From NCBI GenBank assembly GCA_016219715.1, contig JACRKX010000035.1, forward strand, positions 1 to 54,785: a DNA stretch of 54,785 bases, in the 5' to 3' direction. Source of the stretch: Actinomycetota bacterium (lineage in GTDB: Bacteria; Actinomycetota; Thermoleophilia; Solirubrobacterales; JACPNS01). Shown piece by piece: positions 20,773-30,800 of this stretch; position 1 is the stretch's first letter, and each line of letters starts with the position of its first letter. The position numbers and the translations under genes are program-made. The notes beneath the pieces are model-generated. The model ran no database searches and was not told where the DNA came from. It saw nothing but the letters and a program-made list of their open reading frames with translations.

Positions 20773-23154
20773 TCACGACGCGCCCTCGATGTGCCGCCGC
20801 ACGCGAATCTCGCCATTGGGGCCCGCGCTCACCGCGATCGTGCCGTCACGGTCGGTGCGAAAGACACTCACGCCGGCGCCGGCCAGGGCACCCAGTGCCT
20901 GAGCCGTGGGATGCCCATAGTGGTTGTCGTCGCCGACGCCGATCGCGGCCACACGCGGGCGGATACGCGAGAGCACTACCGGAAGCCCGTCGTCTGCGCT
21001 GCCGTGATGTGAGACCTTCAGCAAGTCGACTGGCGGCAGTGCAAGCGCGAGCAACTGCGGGCTCTCCGCGTCTCCGGCGGCAAGCATGCGCAGCGGTCCG
21101 GCCCGGACGACCGTCACGGCCGCGCGCGTGTTGGGATCGGCCGGCGGCGGCGCGCCGGGCGATTGCCTGCGCGGTCCGAGCAGATCCACGCGTAGATCGC
21201 CACAGGTCCATCCCGCTCCTTCGATCGCGGCAGAAGAGCGAACTCCGGCGGCCGCGAGCCGCGAACGCAGTTCGTCGAATCTGAGTTCGGTGGTATTGCC
21301 GCCGCCATCGAGAAAGGTGCGAACGGCAGGCCGGCCCGCCGACGCGATCTCGCCGAGGCCGCCGTCGTGGTCGAGTTGGGGGTGTGTCGCGAGGACCATG
21401 TCGAGCCGCCTAACCCCGAGTCGCGCGAGACGCGCCGGCAGGTCACGGCCGGGCGGACCGCCATCGATCAGCGCACTGCAACCGTTCGATCCGAGCAACA
21501 GCGTGGCGTCGCCCTGACCGACGTCTAGGAACACGATCGAGGGCCGCGGCAGTCGCACCGGCGCCGGAGTAGCCAACCATGCCAGGGTCGCGGCCGCGAT
21601 CGCGATCGCACACAGGAGCGGCGCCCGCCTGGAGCGGAGCGAGGTTGGGGCCGGAAGCCGCGGCAAGAGCCCGTTGGCCGCCAATCCCGCGAACACGATC
21701 GGAAGCGCGAGCGCGGCGAGCGTAAGGCCGCCGAAGCTCGGTACTTGAAGCTGGGCGCCGGGTACGGCCGCGGCGGTGTGCGCAAGCGTGATCAGACTGC
21801 CCAGCAGGAAGCCATTGGGTGCGTTTAGCAGCGCCCCCAACGGCGCGGAAAGCTGGCCGATCGCGGCCGCGAGCGAGCCGAGCCAGACGATCGGGCCGAT
21901 CAGCGGACCACCGATCACGTTCGCGGCCAGAGAAACCGCCGAGAAAGTGCCGAAGTGATGCGCCATCAGCGGAGCGGTGGCCAGCGTGGCGCCGGCGGTG
22001 ACCGCGAACCCCTCGGCAACCCACGCTGGCCAGCGCTTCAGCCAACGTGTGAGCGGCCGCGAAAACGCGACGATTCCGAGCACCGCCGCGAAGCTCAGCT
22101 GGGCGCCGACATCGGCGGTGGCCCGAGGATTCCAGCCGAGCACCGCGATCGCACCGAGCAGCAGCGCATACCCACGCGAGGCCGGAGTGGAAGCGAGCAT
22201 CGCAGCCAGCCCCGCCAATCCCATCGCTCCAGCGCGCACCACCGATGCCTGCGCGCCGCAGAGTGGAACGTAGACGCAGATCAATGCGACCGCGATCGCG
22301 AGGCGAGGCCGTCGCCCCATCCCGCTTGCCGTCGCGATCGCCTGCACGAGAATCACGAGCAGCAGCACGTTTTGGCCGCTGACGGCAAGAATGTGCGAGA
22401 GACCGGCGACCCGAAAGGCGTCGGCCGTCGGCTCGGGAATGCCATCGTCGCCGCCCAGCACCATGCCGCGCAGCAGCGCGGCGGGCTCGGGCGACAGACC
22501 GATCGCAAGCGCCCGTTCGGAGCGGCGTCTGATCGAGTCGACGAAGCCGAATGCGCCGCCGCGCCGAGTACCCGACCGTTCGACCGAGCGCGCCGCGACG
22601 CGGCGGCGCACGCCGTTGCGCAGGAGATAACGCGCGTACGACCTGGCAGCCGGCGAACCGGCCGAACCAGAGACGCGCGCAAGCGAGCCGCGCACTACGA
22701 CGCCGTCGCCGATCGAGAGCCCGGCCGGCGCGGCGAAACGGCTTCGCACCTCGACGAGCTGCCGGGCCCCGCCGGGCGCCCGCACACGGAGACGCATCGT
22801 CGAACCGCCGAGCGAGCCCGGGCGTGGGCGCTCGACGAGTTCGCCTCTCAGAGCGACGGGCACACCCGCGGGCAATACGGCGAGCGGGTCGGCGTCGATC
22901 GAATGCAGTCGCGCCTGGCCGGCCGCCCCGGCCGCGACAAACATCGTGAGCGCGATGAGCGCGACGTGGGCGCGGGCGCCGCAAGCCAGCAGCGCCAGCG
23001 CCGCCGCCGCGCCGGCAAGCGCCTGAACGACGGATGGCAACGGGCTGAGCGCCAGTCCAAGCGCCGTCGCTGTGGCCGCGATGTGACGTGGGCTGTCGCC
23101 GATCGCGGCCGCCAGTTGAAGGCGGCTCCGAGGGCCGGCCCTTGCATCGCTCAC
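20773..23154 (-). CDS. comEC: Competence protein ComEC/Rec2
   Basis: GLSHILAVSGQN, QLSFAA, metallo-beta-lactamase DVGQGD, THPQLDHDGG, HHGS and NHYGHP motifs. Confidence 0.93.
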   Translation of the reverse strand: MSDARAGPRSRLQLAAAIGDSPRHIAATATALGLALSPLPSVVQALAGAAAALALLACGARAHVALIALTMFVAAGAAGQARLHSIDADPLAVLPAGVPVALRGELVERPRPGSLGGSTMRLRVRAPGGARQLVEVRSRFAAPAGLSIGDGVVVRGSLARVSGSAGSPAARSYARYLLRNGVRRRVAARSVERSGTRRGGAFGFVDSIRRRSERALAIGLSPEPAALLRGMVLGGDDGIPEPTADAFRVAGLSHILAVSGQNVLLLVILVQAIATASGMGRRPRLAIAVALICVYVPLCGAQASVVRAGAMGLAGLAAMLASTPASRGYALLLGAIAVLGWNPRATADVGAQLSFAAVLGIVAFSRPLTRWLKRWPAWVAEGFAVTAGATLATAPLMAHHFGTFSAVSLAANVIGGPLIGPIVWLGSLAAAIGQLSAPLGALLNAPNGFLLGSLITLAHTAAAVPGAQLQVPSFGGLTLAALALPIVFAGLAANGLLPRLPAPTSLRSRRAPLLCAIAIAAATLAWLATPAPVRLPRPSIVFLDVGQGDATLLLGSNGCSALIDGGPPGRDLPARLARLGVRRLDMVLATHPQLDHDGGLGEIASAGRPAVRTFLDGGGNTTELRFDELRSRLAAAGVRSSAAIEGAGWTCGDLRVDLLGPRRQSPGAPPPADPNTRAAVTVVRAGPLRMLAAGDAESPQLLALALPPVDLLKVSHHGSADDGLPVVLSRIRPRVAAIGVGDDNHYGHPTAQALGALAGAGVSVFRTDRDGTIAVSAGPNGEIRVRRHIEGAS

Positions 23155-23762
23155 GGCTGGAGCTGCCCGCGCAGCGACTCAAGCCGTTTGTCGCCGATTC
23201 CCGGTACCTCGCCAAGCTCGTCGACAGACCGGAAGCCACCGTGCTCAGTGCGGTAGGCGACGATCTTCTCGGCGAGACCCGGCCCGACGCCCTCGAGTTC
23301 GTCGAGCTGGTCCACCGTAGCGGCGGACAAGCTGACGGGACCGGTTGCCCCACCCCCGCCGGTCGTTACGACGCCGCTCGCCGGAACGATCACCTGCTGT
23401 CCGTCGGACAGTCGAAGCGCGAGGTTGACCGCGTTTAGATCTGCCTTCGAGCTGGCACCACCGGCGGCGGAGATCGCGTCGCCGACTCGATCGCCATCGC
23501 GCAGCCGGACCACACCCGGACGCCGCACCGCTCCGGCGACGTGGACGACCAGTGCGGAGAACTTCTCGGCCGAAGCGCCAGACGCACCCGCTGCGCCCGT
23601 TGCACCCGCCCGGCCGGACCGGAATTCGCCGGAAGACTGATCTACCGGAGCTGGTGTGCCGGCCTCGGCGGCCACCGACTTCATGTAGCGAGCCCCGATC
23701 AAGGCGACCGCCAGCGCGGCCGCGGCATAGACCACCAGTAGAGGACGGCTCGTTTCGTTCAC
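23151..23762 (-). CDS. comEA: Competence DNA-binding protein ComEA
   Basis: N-terminal TM, SLBB domain VVHVAGAVRRPG, HhH motifs LEGVGP and VPGIG; start at GTG 23762. Confidence 0.92.
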   Translation of the reverse strand: MNETSRPLLVVYAAAALAVALIGARYMKSVAAEAGTPAPVDQSSGEFRSGRAGATGAAGASGASAEKFSALVVHVAGAVRRPGVVRLRDGDRVGDAISAAGGASSKADLNAVNLALRLSDGQQVIVPASGVVTTGGGGATGPVSLSAATVDQLDELEGVGPGLAEKIVAYRTEHGGFRSVDELGEVPGIGDKRLESLRGQLQP

Positions 23763-23875
23763 ACCGCCGACGCTAGGGATCGCCTGCCGACGAAACAAGA
23801 CACGATCGTCAAGAAAACGTCACGAACTCGACAAATCTCACGCACAAACCGCCGGCGATTCAGCAGACGGTCTGA

Positions 23876-23891
23876 TCGAACATACGTTCCG
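23876..23891. promoter_or_regulatory. LexA (SOS/Cheo) box upstream of rmuC
   Basis: TCGAACATACGTTCCG matches the Gram-positive GAAC-N4-GTTC core; 28 bp before the rmuC ATG. Confidence 0.7.
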
Positions 23892-23919
23892 TCCACGCCG
23901 GCTGGCATGATGGAAGTTC

Positions 23920-25221
23920 ATGGAAATCGCACTGCTCTTGATCACGCTGCTCGCCGTCGCCGGGCTGGTCGCTTACATCGCCGTCGTCCAGCCACGCGCA
24001 CTCGCCGCTCACAGCGAGGCCGAGCGCATCCGGCTGCTCGAAGAACTCGAGCAGAAGCGCCTCGCCGACGACCAGGCCCGCGCTACGCACGAGCAGGCAC
24101 TCGAGAACCGCCTGCTCGAAGCCCAGGCCAAGATGGTCGACCGGCAGGCAGAAACGTTCTTGAAGCTCGCAACCCCACAGCTGAAGCAGGTCAGCGCAGC
24201 CAACGAGCAGGCACTCAAGGAGCGCCAGGGCGAGATCGACAAGGGTCTCGAAAGCCTGCGCAAAGAGCTCGAGAACGTCCGGCAGTTCGTCACCAAGACC
24301 GACAGCGAGCGAGTGCGCAGCATCAGCGAGGTCTCGAACATGGTCAAGGAGTCGCGCACCGTCACCGAAGCGCTGCGCCAAGACACGGCCAAGCTCAACG
24401 AGGCGCTCGCCGGCGGCCAGTCGCGCGGCCAGTGGGGTGAGCGCGTTGCCGACGACGTGCTGCAAATCGCCGGCTTCATCGAGGGCATCAACTACATGCG
24501 CCAGCACACCACCGCTGACGGCAACCGCCCCGATTTCACATTCCTGCTGCCCGACGATCGCAAGCTACATATGGATGTCAAGATGCCGATGGCCGCCTTC
24601 AAGCGCTACCTCGACGCACCGACCGACGGCGAGCGCGACACCGCCGCCAAAGAGTTCGTCCGCGACGCGCGGCAGCGCATCAAAGAGGTCACGTCGCGCG
24701 ACTACATAAATCCCGACGAGGGCACGCTCGACTACACGCTCGTGTTCATCCCGAATGAGCAGGTCTACGGCTTCATCCACGAGCGCGACCCCGAGATCGT
24801 CGACTTCGCCCTCACACAGCACGTCGTGATCTGCTCCCCGCTGACGCTCTTCGCGGTACTCGCCGTCATCCGCCAGTCGATCGAGAACTTCCGCCTCGAG
24901 GCGCGCACCAAAGAGATCCAGTCGGCGATCGTCAAGTTCCGCCAGCAGTGGGACAAGTACACCGAACAGATGGACAAGGTCGAGACCTCGATCAATCAAG
25001 TCAACAAGCGCTGGAACGAACTCACGACCACCCGCACGAACCAGCTCGACAAGCACATCGAGAAGGTCGACGCGCTGCGGTCCGGCCACGAGATCGACGG
25101 CAGCGACGACCAGCCGGCCGCATTGCCCTCGCCCGCAGATGTCGAAGACGAGATCCTCACCCTCGCCTCGGGTGAGCTGTTCGTTTCGCCGGGCGACCCC
25201 GGCGACGAGACAGACATTTAG
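23920..25221 (+). CDS. rmuC: DNA recombination protein RmuC
   Basis: N-terminal TM, coiled coil, RGQWGE, RPD...DVKMP nuclease motif, FIPNE and SP.TL. Confidence 0.93.
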   Translation: MEIALLLITLLAVAGLVAYIAVVQPRALAAHSEAERIRLLEELEQKRLADDQARATHEQALENRLLEAQAKMVDRQAETFLKLATPQLKQVSAANEQALKERQGEIDKGLESLRKELENVRQFVTKTDSERVRSISEVSNMVKESRTVTEALRQDTAKLNEALAGGQSRGQWGERVADDVLQIAGFIEGINYMRQHTTADGNRPDFTFLLPDDRKLHMDVKMPMAAFKRYLDAPTDGERDTAAKEFVRDARQRIKEVTSRDYINPDEGTLDYTLVFIPNEQVYGFIHERDPEIVDFALTQHVVICSPLTLFAVLAVIRQSIENFRLEARTKEIQSAIVKFRQQWDKYTEQMDKVETSINQVNKRWNELTTTRTNQLDKHIEKVDALRSGHEIDGSDDQPAALPSPADVEDEILTLASGELFVSPGDPGDETDI

Positions 25222-25317
25222 TTAACCCGCGAGTAGATCCCGTAGCAAGAAACGGGTAAATACGCCGAGAACCTCACCCGTTCGGGGTAGAAGCTTGCAA
25301 GTTCGCGTTCATTGGGG

Positions 25318-25346
25318 TTGCACGCGAAGGGAAACGTCCATAGACT
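25318..25346 (+). promoter_or_regulatory. Housekeeping sigma70-type promoter
   Basis: TTGCAC-N17-TAGACT upstream of the ORF at 25427. Confidence 0.6.
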
Positions 25347-25363
25347 GCGATTTGCTTCTCGTA

Positions 25364-25379
25364 TGTGACGTCGAGCACA
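25364..25379. promoter_or_regulatory. CRP/FNR-family binding site
   Basis: TGTGA-cgtcga-GCACA, a 9/10 match to TGTGA-N6-TCACA. Confidence 0.55.
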
Positions 25380-25426
25380 ACTTCGGCGTCCCACTCGGCT
25401 AATGGACGCCCATCTCTGATGGGACT

Positions 25427-26413
25427 ATGGAGGACAAAATGACCGCAGGGACCGGCCCTAACCCTGTTGAGCAATCGATCGCTCCTGAGAACGGAACTCA
25501 AAGTCCGTTCCAGCGTTTCGCGCCCGCCGACCGCCTGCGCGACCTCGACAACGGCGACGTCCGCGGCGCCGATCTCGGGTTGTTTGGCCCGGACAGCGTC
25601 ACCTGGAGGATCCACGCCCACCCGATCGTTGTGGTCGGCGGTTTTCGTGCGCTGATCATCCAGTCGCTGCACCCGCTGGCAATGGCCGGCGTCGCCCAGC
25701 ACTCCGACTACGCCCAGAATCCGATCGGCCGCTTTCGCCGCACCGCGCAGTACATGCACCACGTCGTCTACTCCGACACGCAGACCGCGCGCGCGGCCGC
25801 CGCGCACGTGCGCAAAGTACACGAGTACATCAAGGGCATCGACCCCGTCACCGGACGCAGCTACGACGCAAACGATCCCGAGCTCTTGCTCTGGGTGCAC
25901 TGCGTAGCCGCCCACTCCTGCATCACCGCCTACAGCGCCTACGTGCGTGAGATCGACGACGCCGAGCGCGACCGCTACTTCGCCGAGCAGGTCGCTGCTG
26001 CCGAACTGATCGGAATCCCGCGCGAAACCGTGCCCGACAGCACGGCCGCTTACCGCGACTACTTCGCCTCGATGCAGTCAAGCCTCTGCCTTAGCCGTGC
26101 GGCCGCCGACACGATCCGCTTCGTCTCGCGCCCGAACATGCGCCTCGTCAAGGCCAGCGAATGGCCGTTCGCGATCAATCTCAAGTTCGCCGGCCACGCG
26201 TCAGTCACCTTGGTGCCACGGTCGATCCGCGAGATCGCCGGCCTGCGCAAGCCCGGTCCGCGAGAATGGGCACTGGCGCGCGTCGTCGCGATGAACGCCA
26301 AGGCACTCGACCACGCACTGCACTTCAAGCAGGTCGCCAACACGATCGACGGAATGACCAGTCGCGCGTTCGGCACCGAGCCGCTACCGGCAGCCGCTCG
26401 CGGCCACAGCTGA
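25427..26413 (+). CDS. MpaB/DUF2236 (Lcp-like) oxygenase family protein
   Basis: GLFGPDSVTWRIH, QSLHPLAMAGVAQHS and YDANDPELLLWVH motifs. Confidence 0.88.
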   Translation: MEDKMTAGTGPNPVEQSIAPENGTQSPFQRFAPADRLRDLDNGDVRGADLGLFGPDSVTWRIHAHPIVVVGGFRALIIQSLHPLAMAGVAQHSDYAQNPIGRFRRTAQYMHHVVYSDTQTARAAAAHVRKVHEYIKGIDPVTGRSYDANDPELLLWVHCVAAHSCITAYSAYVREIDDAERDRYFAEQVAAAELIGIPRETVPDSTAAYRDYFASMQSSLCLSRAAADTIRFVSRPNMRLVKASEWPFAINLKFAGHASVTLVPRSIREIAGLRKPGPREWALARVVAMNAKALDHALHFKQVANTIDGMTSRAFGTEPLPAAARGHS

Positions 26414-26505
26414 GTCACCCACAGCACACCTGCGAGCCGCACCCGCAGGCACGCCAACGAGCCGCGCCCACGGAAGCCACACCGGCCGACAGCCGACTCG
26501 AGCCC

Positions 26506-28215
26506 CTACTTGATGCTAAACGGCGCAGTCTTGGCCGGAGACTTGCCCTTGGCAGAGTCGGTGGCGACCGCGTTTAGCCGGTAGCTGCGAGCGGCCAGTC
26601 GCTTGCCGCCGATCTTGCGTGTGATCTTCAGGCTGTTGCGACCGGCTTTGCCGTTGTGGCGGAACGACTTAGACGCGCGCACCCACAACGTGCACTTCTT
26701 AGCGCGGCTGTTCTTGCGGGTGGCCTTGCGGCACTTCCCGTCGACCACGCGGCCGACCGTCTTGCGCTCGACGAAGAACGTAACGCGTGCCTTTTCTGTG
26801 AGCGTGTAGCGGATCTTCGCCCCGGCGCGAACCGTGCGCGGCGAGACCTTGAGAGTCTTCACCCACGGCGGCGTGTCGAACGAAATGGTCTTGGCCGCGC
26901 CGGCTCCGCCGGCACAGAACGTGGTCTGGCCGGTGTAGACCTGCTTGGTCGAGCATCCTGAGTCGTCGGTGGTCGTGAGCGTCACCTGGTAGACGCCGGG
27001 TTTGGCGAAGGTGTGGTCGAGCTTTGCGCCGCCGTTGACGGCACTCGTCGTGTCGCCGAAGTCCCAGTCGTAGCTGGCGATTGAACCGCGCCCGATCGTT
27101 GATGATCCGCCGTCGAACGACACCGAAAGCGGCCGTGTGTTCGCGCTGGCCACAAAGTCTGCGACCGGCGCTGGCGCTGGGCGAAACACAAGTCGTTCTG
27201 GTTCTCCCGGGTTATAGGCGGCGGCAAACGTGAAGGCAACCGGCTGACCGTCAGCGCCGATCGGCGATACCCAGATGCCGTTCTGCGCTCCGCCGTCGCG
27301 CATCGCGTAGAGGAATCGCCCGTCGGGCGAGACTGCGGTCGACTGCACGTCTTCGATCGAAAGGGGTGTGCCGACCGCGCTAAGCGTGCCGTCGGGCGCG
27401 ACGCGAATCGTGGTGACCGTGTCGGCGTTCGAGTCGCCGACGTAGACGTGGCCGCCAGACGGCGCCACGCCGGCGAAATCGGCGCTAACGTCGCCGGTCG
27501 GAACCGGAGTGCCGAGCGCCGCCAACGATCCGTCGGCCGCGATCGAATACGACGACACGATGTCGCCGCCACCCGGCTTCGAAACGGAGAACAGGAAGCG
27601 ACCGTCCGGCGAAACCTGGAGCGTGACGGCCCCTCCAAGCGGCGTGTTGCCAAGCGACGTGAGCGTGCCGTCGGAGCCGACCGAGAACCGCACGATCTGG
27701 TTGGAGATGACGCCGTAAAGGTGCTTACCGTCTGGCGTGACGGCGATGTCGCCGAATTCGGTGCCCGACATGAACGGCGAGCCGCCGATCTCGGTGAGCG
27801 CGCCACTCGCGTCGATCGAATAGACCTGAACACCCATGGTCAGGTTGCGCGTCGGGAAGTACGCGAAACGCCCGTCGGGTGAAACGACCGGGCCGTAAGC
27901 CTGGTTGGCGACGATCTTCGGCTGAGCCGGCGTGACCGTGCCAGCCGCGTCGACCGAGAACCCGCGCACGCCGCCGCTGAAGAGATACGAGGTCACGCCG
28001 CGAGTGCCATCGGGGGTCATCGAGAAACCCATGGTGCCGCCCCCTGTCACGCTAAACGGCGAACCGCTCAATTGGCTCAGCGAACCGTCCGCGGCCGTCG
28101 TGAAGCCGGCGACCTGGTCGTCGCTGTAGAGCGGCGCATAGAGCGTGGCCGCGGAAGCCGATCCGGCCGTAAACAGCGCAGCGACCAGCGCGACGAGAAT
28201 AAGTCTGTTGAGCAC
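26506..28215 (-). CDS. Secreted lactonase-type beta-propeller + PKD domain + basic C-terminal domain protein
   Basis: Signal peptide ending ASA; repeated (S/T)PDGR(F/H)(L/A)Y blades; PKD YDWDFGD...HTFAKPGVYQVTL. Confidence 0.85.
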   Translation of the reverse strand: MLNRLILVALVAALFTAGSASAATLYAPLYSDDQVAGFTTAADGSLSQLSGSPFSVTGGGTMGFSMTPDGTRGVTSYLFSGGVRGFSVDAAGTVTPAQPKIVANQAYGPVVSPDGRFAYFPTRNLTMGVQVYSIDASGALTEIGGSPFMSGTEFGDIAVTPDGKHLYGVISNQIVRFSVGSDGTLTSLGNTPLGGAVTLQVSPDGRFLFSVSKPGGGDIVSSYSIAADGSLAALGTPVPTGDVSADFAGVAPSGGHVYVGDSNADTVTTIRVAPDGTLSAVGTPLSIEDVQSTAVSPDGRFLYAMRDGGAQNGIWVSPIGADGQPVAFTFAAAYNPGEPERLVFRPAPAPVADFVASANTRPLSVSFDGGSSTIGRGSIASYDWDFGDTTSAVNGGAKLDHTFAKPGVYQVTLTTTDDSGCSTKQVYTGQTTFCAGGAGAAKTISFDTPPWVKTLKVSPRTVRAGAKIRYTLTEKARVTFFVERKTVGRVVDGKCRKATRKNSRAKKCTLWVRASKSFRHNGKAGRNSLKITRKIGGKRLAARSYRLNAVATDSAKGKSPAKTAPFSIK

Positions 28216-28245
28216 GGCGAAGACTGTAGTCAGAAAACGCCTGGC

Positions 28246-30789
28246 TTACCTGACAACGATGTTGACGAGTTTGCCGGGCACGACGATCTGCTTGACCGTC
28301 TCTTTGCCGTCGATGTGCGACTGAACTCGCTCGGACGCGCGGGCGAGTTCGATCAGTTCGTCTTCGCTGGCGTCGGCCGCGGCCTCGATCTTGTCACGCA
28401 CCTTGCCGTTGACCTGCACGACCAGTGTGATCGAGTCCGATGCGAGATACGCGGCGTCGGCCGCCGGCCAGGTGACCTCCCAGACGCGCCCTCCGCCGAG
28501 CATGTCGTAGACCTCCGCGCCGAGATGCGGCGCGAACGGAAACAGCAGCGAACCGGCGGTAGCCGTCGCGAAACGCAGCGACGAGGCGTCGGCATCGTCT
28601 GAATCCAGCAGCGCGTCTTTGCACTTGTAGAGCTCGTTGACCAGCTCCATCACCGCCGCAATCGCGGTGTTGAACGCGAAACGTCCCTCCATGTCGCCGG
28701 TCACCTTGTCGATCGCCCAATGCGCCTTGCGCATGACCGCCTGCGCACCGTCGCTCAGCGCTCCGCTCGAACGGTCGGCGTCGGCCGACTGCGGGGCTGC
28801 CACGCCCAGCGACGCATCGGTGCGCTGCTCGACCTCAACTGCCAGGCGCCATAGCCGCGCCAGGAAGCGATGCACACCCTCGACCCCTTCGTCGGCCCAG
28901 TCGGCGTCCTGGTCGGGCGGACCGATGAAGAGGATGTAACAGCGAGCCGTGTCGGCGCCGTACTTCTCGACGTAGGCCGACGGGCTGATCACGTTGCCCT
29001 TGCTCTTGCTCATCTTCGCGCCGTCGCGCGTGATCATGCCCTGCGTAAAGAGGTTCTTGAACGGCTCGACGGCGCCCACGAGGCCGAGATCGTGCAGCGC
29101 CTTGGTGAAGAAGCGCGCGTACATCAGGTGCAGGATCGCGTGCTCGACGCCACCGATGTAGTTGTCGACCGGCATCCACTCGTTGAGCACGGCGCGATGC
29201 CAGGCCTCGCGGTCGTTGCGGGCGTCTGTGTAGCGCATGAAGTACCACGATGAGTCGACGAACGTGTCCATCGTGTCGGTCTCGCGCCGGGCCGGGCCCT
29301 TGCACTCGGGGCAATGCACCTCGACCCAGCCGGTCGCCGCGGCCAGCGGGCTCTTGCCCTTGGGCACGTAGTCGTCGATATCCGGCAGCTCGACGGGCAG
29401 CCGGGCCTCGGGCACGGGCACGATGCCGCAGTCGTCGCAGTGCACGACCGGTATCGGGCAGCCCCAGTAACGCTGGCGGCTGACCAGCCAGTCGCGCAGC
29501 TTGTAGTTGACGGTGGCCTTGCCACGGCCATCGGCGCCGAGCCACCCGGTTATCTCGCGCTTCGCGTCGACCGAGCTCTTGCCGCTGAAGTCACCGCTGT
29601 TGACGAGCACGTCGCTCTCGGTCGACGAGACGTAGGCCTGTTCGGCGAGCTGTTCGGAGATGTCTGCCGGCTGACCGCCCTCGCCGGCTGGCGCGATCAC
29701 CTGGCGGATCTCGATGCCGTACTTCTTCGCGAACTCGTAGTCGCGCTGGTCGTGAGCAGGCACGGCCATGATCGCGCCGGTGCCGTACTCCATCAGCACG
29801 TAGTCGCTGACGTACATCGGGATCGCCTCGCCATTGACGGGGTTGACGACACTGCGACCGAGCGGCACGCCGGTCTTCTCCTTGTCGTCGGCGCCGCGCT
29901 CTTCCTTGCTCTTGCGGGCTGCGGCGTTGACGTAGTCGCGCACGGCTTGCTCGGCGCCCGTGCCTTCGGCGAGCTTGAAGACGTCGGGATGCTCGGGCGC
30001 CATCACGAAGAACGTCGCGCCGAACAGCGTGTCGGGGCGAGTCGTGAAGACGGGATAATCGATGCCGAGTTCTTCACAGGAAAAGACGACCTCAGCGCCC
30101 TCGGAGCGGCCGATCCAGTTTCGCTGCATCGTGATGACGTTGTCGGGCCAGCTTTCGAGCTGCGCGAAGTCGTCGAGCAGTCGCTCCGCGTACTCGGTGA
30201 TCTTGAAGAACCACTGCTTGAGCTGCTTGATCTCGACGGCCGCGCCGCAACGTTCGCAGTGGCCGTCGACGACCTGCTCGTTGGCCAGAACCGTCTGGTC
30301 GTTCGGGCACCAGTTGACGGCCGCTTCCTTCTGGTAGGCAAGGCCGGCCTCGAACAGCTTCAGGAAGATCCATTGCGTCCAGCGGTAGTAGCCGGGCTCG
30401 TGCGTGCCGAACTCACGATCCCAGTCGATTGAAACGCCCCATGTCTCGAACTGGCGGCGGAACTCGGCGATCGCGTCTTCGGTGCTCTCGCGCGGGTTCT
30501 CGGCAGGCAGACCGAAGCTGTCGTAGCCCATCGGGTGCAGCACGCGCATGCCGTTGCGGCGACGGTAGTGAGCGAGCGCATCGCCTACGGAGTAGACCTT
30601 GAGATGCCCCATGTGCGGCTCGCCGCTGGGATACGGGAGCATTTCGAGCACGTAGGAGCTGGGCCGGTCGTCGGGCTTGTTGCTGACGTGCCAGGTCTTC
30701 TCGTCGCGCCAGATCTGTTGCCACTTGGGCTCGATCGTCGTCGGGTCGTAGCGCAGGTGCTGGACGTCGCTCTCGGCGGGGGTGCTCAT
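28246..30789 (-). CDS. leuS: Leucine--tRNA ligase
   Basis: PYPSGEPHMGH, FTTRPDT editing domain, SRQRYWG, GGVEHA and KMSKS motifs; start at ATG 30789. Confidence 0.97.
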   Translation of the reverse strand: MSTPAESDVQHLRYDPTTIEPKWQQIWRDEKTWHVSNKPDDRPSSYVLEMLPYPSGEPHMGHLKVYSVGDALAHYRRRNGMRVLHPMGYDSFGLPAENPRESTEDAIAEFRRQFETWGVSIDWDREFGTHEPGYYRWTQWIFLKLFEAGLAYQKEAAVNWCPNDQTVLANEQVVDGHCERCGAAVEIKQLKQWFFKITEYAERLLDDFAQLESWPDNVITMQRNWIGRSEGAEVVFSCEELGIDYPVFTTRPDTLFGATFFVMAPEHPDVFKLAEGTGAEQAVRDYVNAAARKSKEERGADDKEKTGVPLGRSVVNPVNGEAIPMYVSDYVLMEYGTGAIMAVPAHDQRDYEFAKKYGIEIRQVIAPAGEGGQPADISEQLAEQAYVSSTESDVLVNSGDFSGKSSVDAKREITGWLGADGRGKATVNYKLRDWLVSRQRYWGCPIPVVHCDDCGIVPVPEARLPVELPDIDDYVPKGKSPLAAATGWVEVHCPECKGPARRETDTMDTFVDSSWYFMRYTDARNDREAWHRAVLNEWMPVDNYIGGVEHAILHLMYARFFTKALHDLGLVGAVEPFKNLFTQGMITRDGAKMSKSKGNVISPSAYVEKYGADTARCYILFIGPPDQDADWADEGVEGVHRFLARLWRLAVEVEQRTDASLGVAAPQSADADRSSGALSDGAQAVMRKAHWAIDKVTGDMEGRFAFNTAIAAVMELVNELYKCKDALLDSDDADASSLRFATATAGSLLFPFAPHLGAEVYDMLGGGRVWEVTWPAADAAYLASDSITLVVQVNGKVRDKIEAAADASEDELIELARASERVQSHIDGKETVKQIVVPGKLVNIVVR

Positions 30790-30800
30790 TGGACGGCAGG

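Noticed and set aside
23790-23845. GTGA-like repeats upstream of comEA
   Set aside because: Short, degenerate and irregularly spaced; cannot be told from chance by eye.
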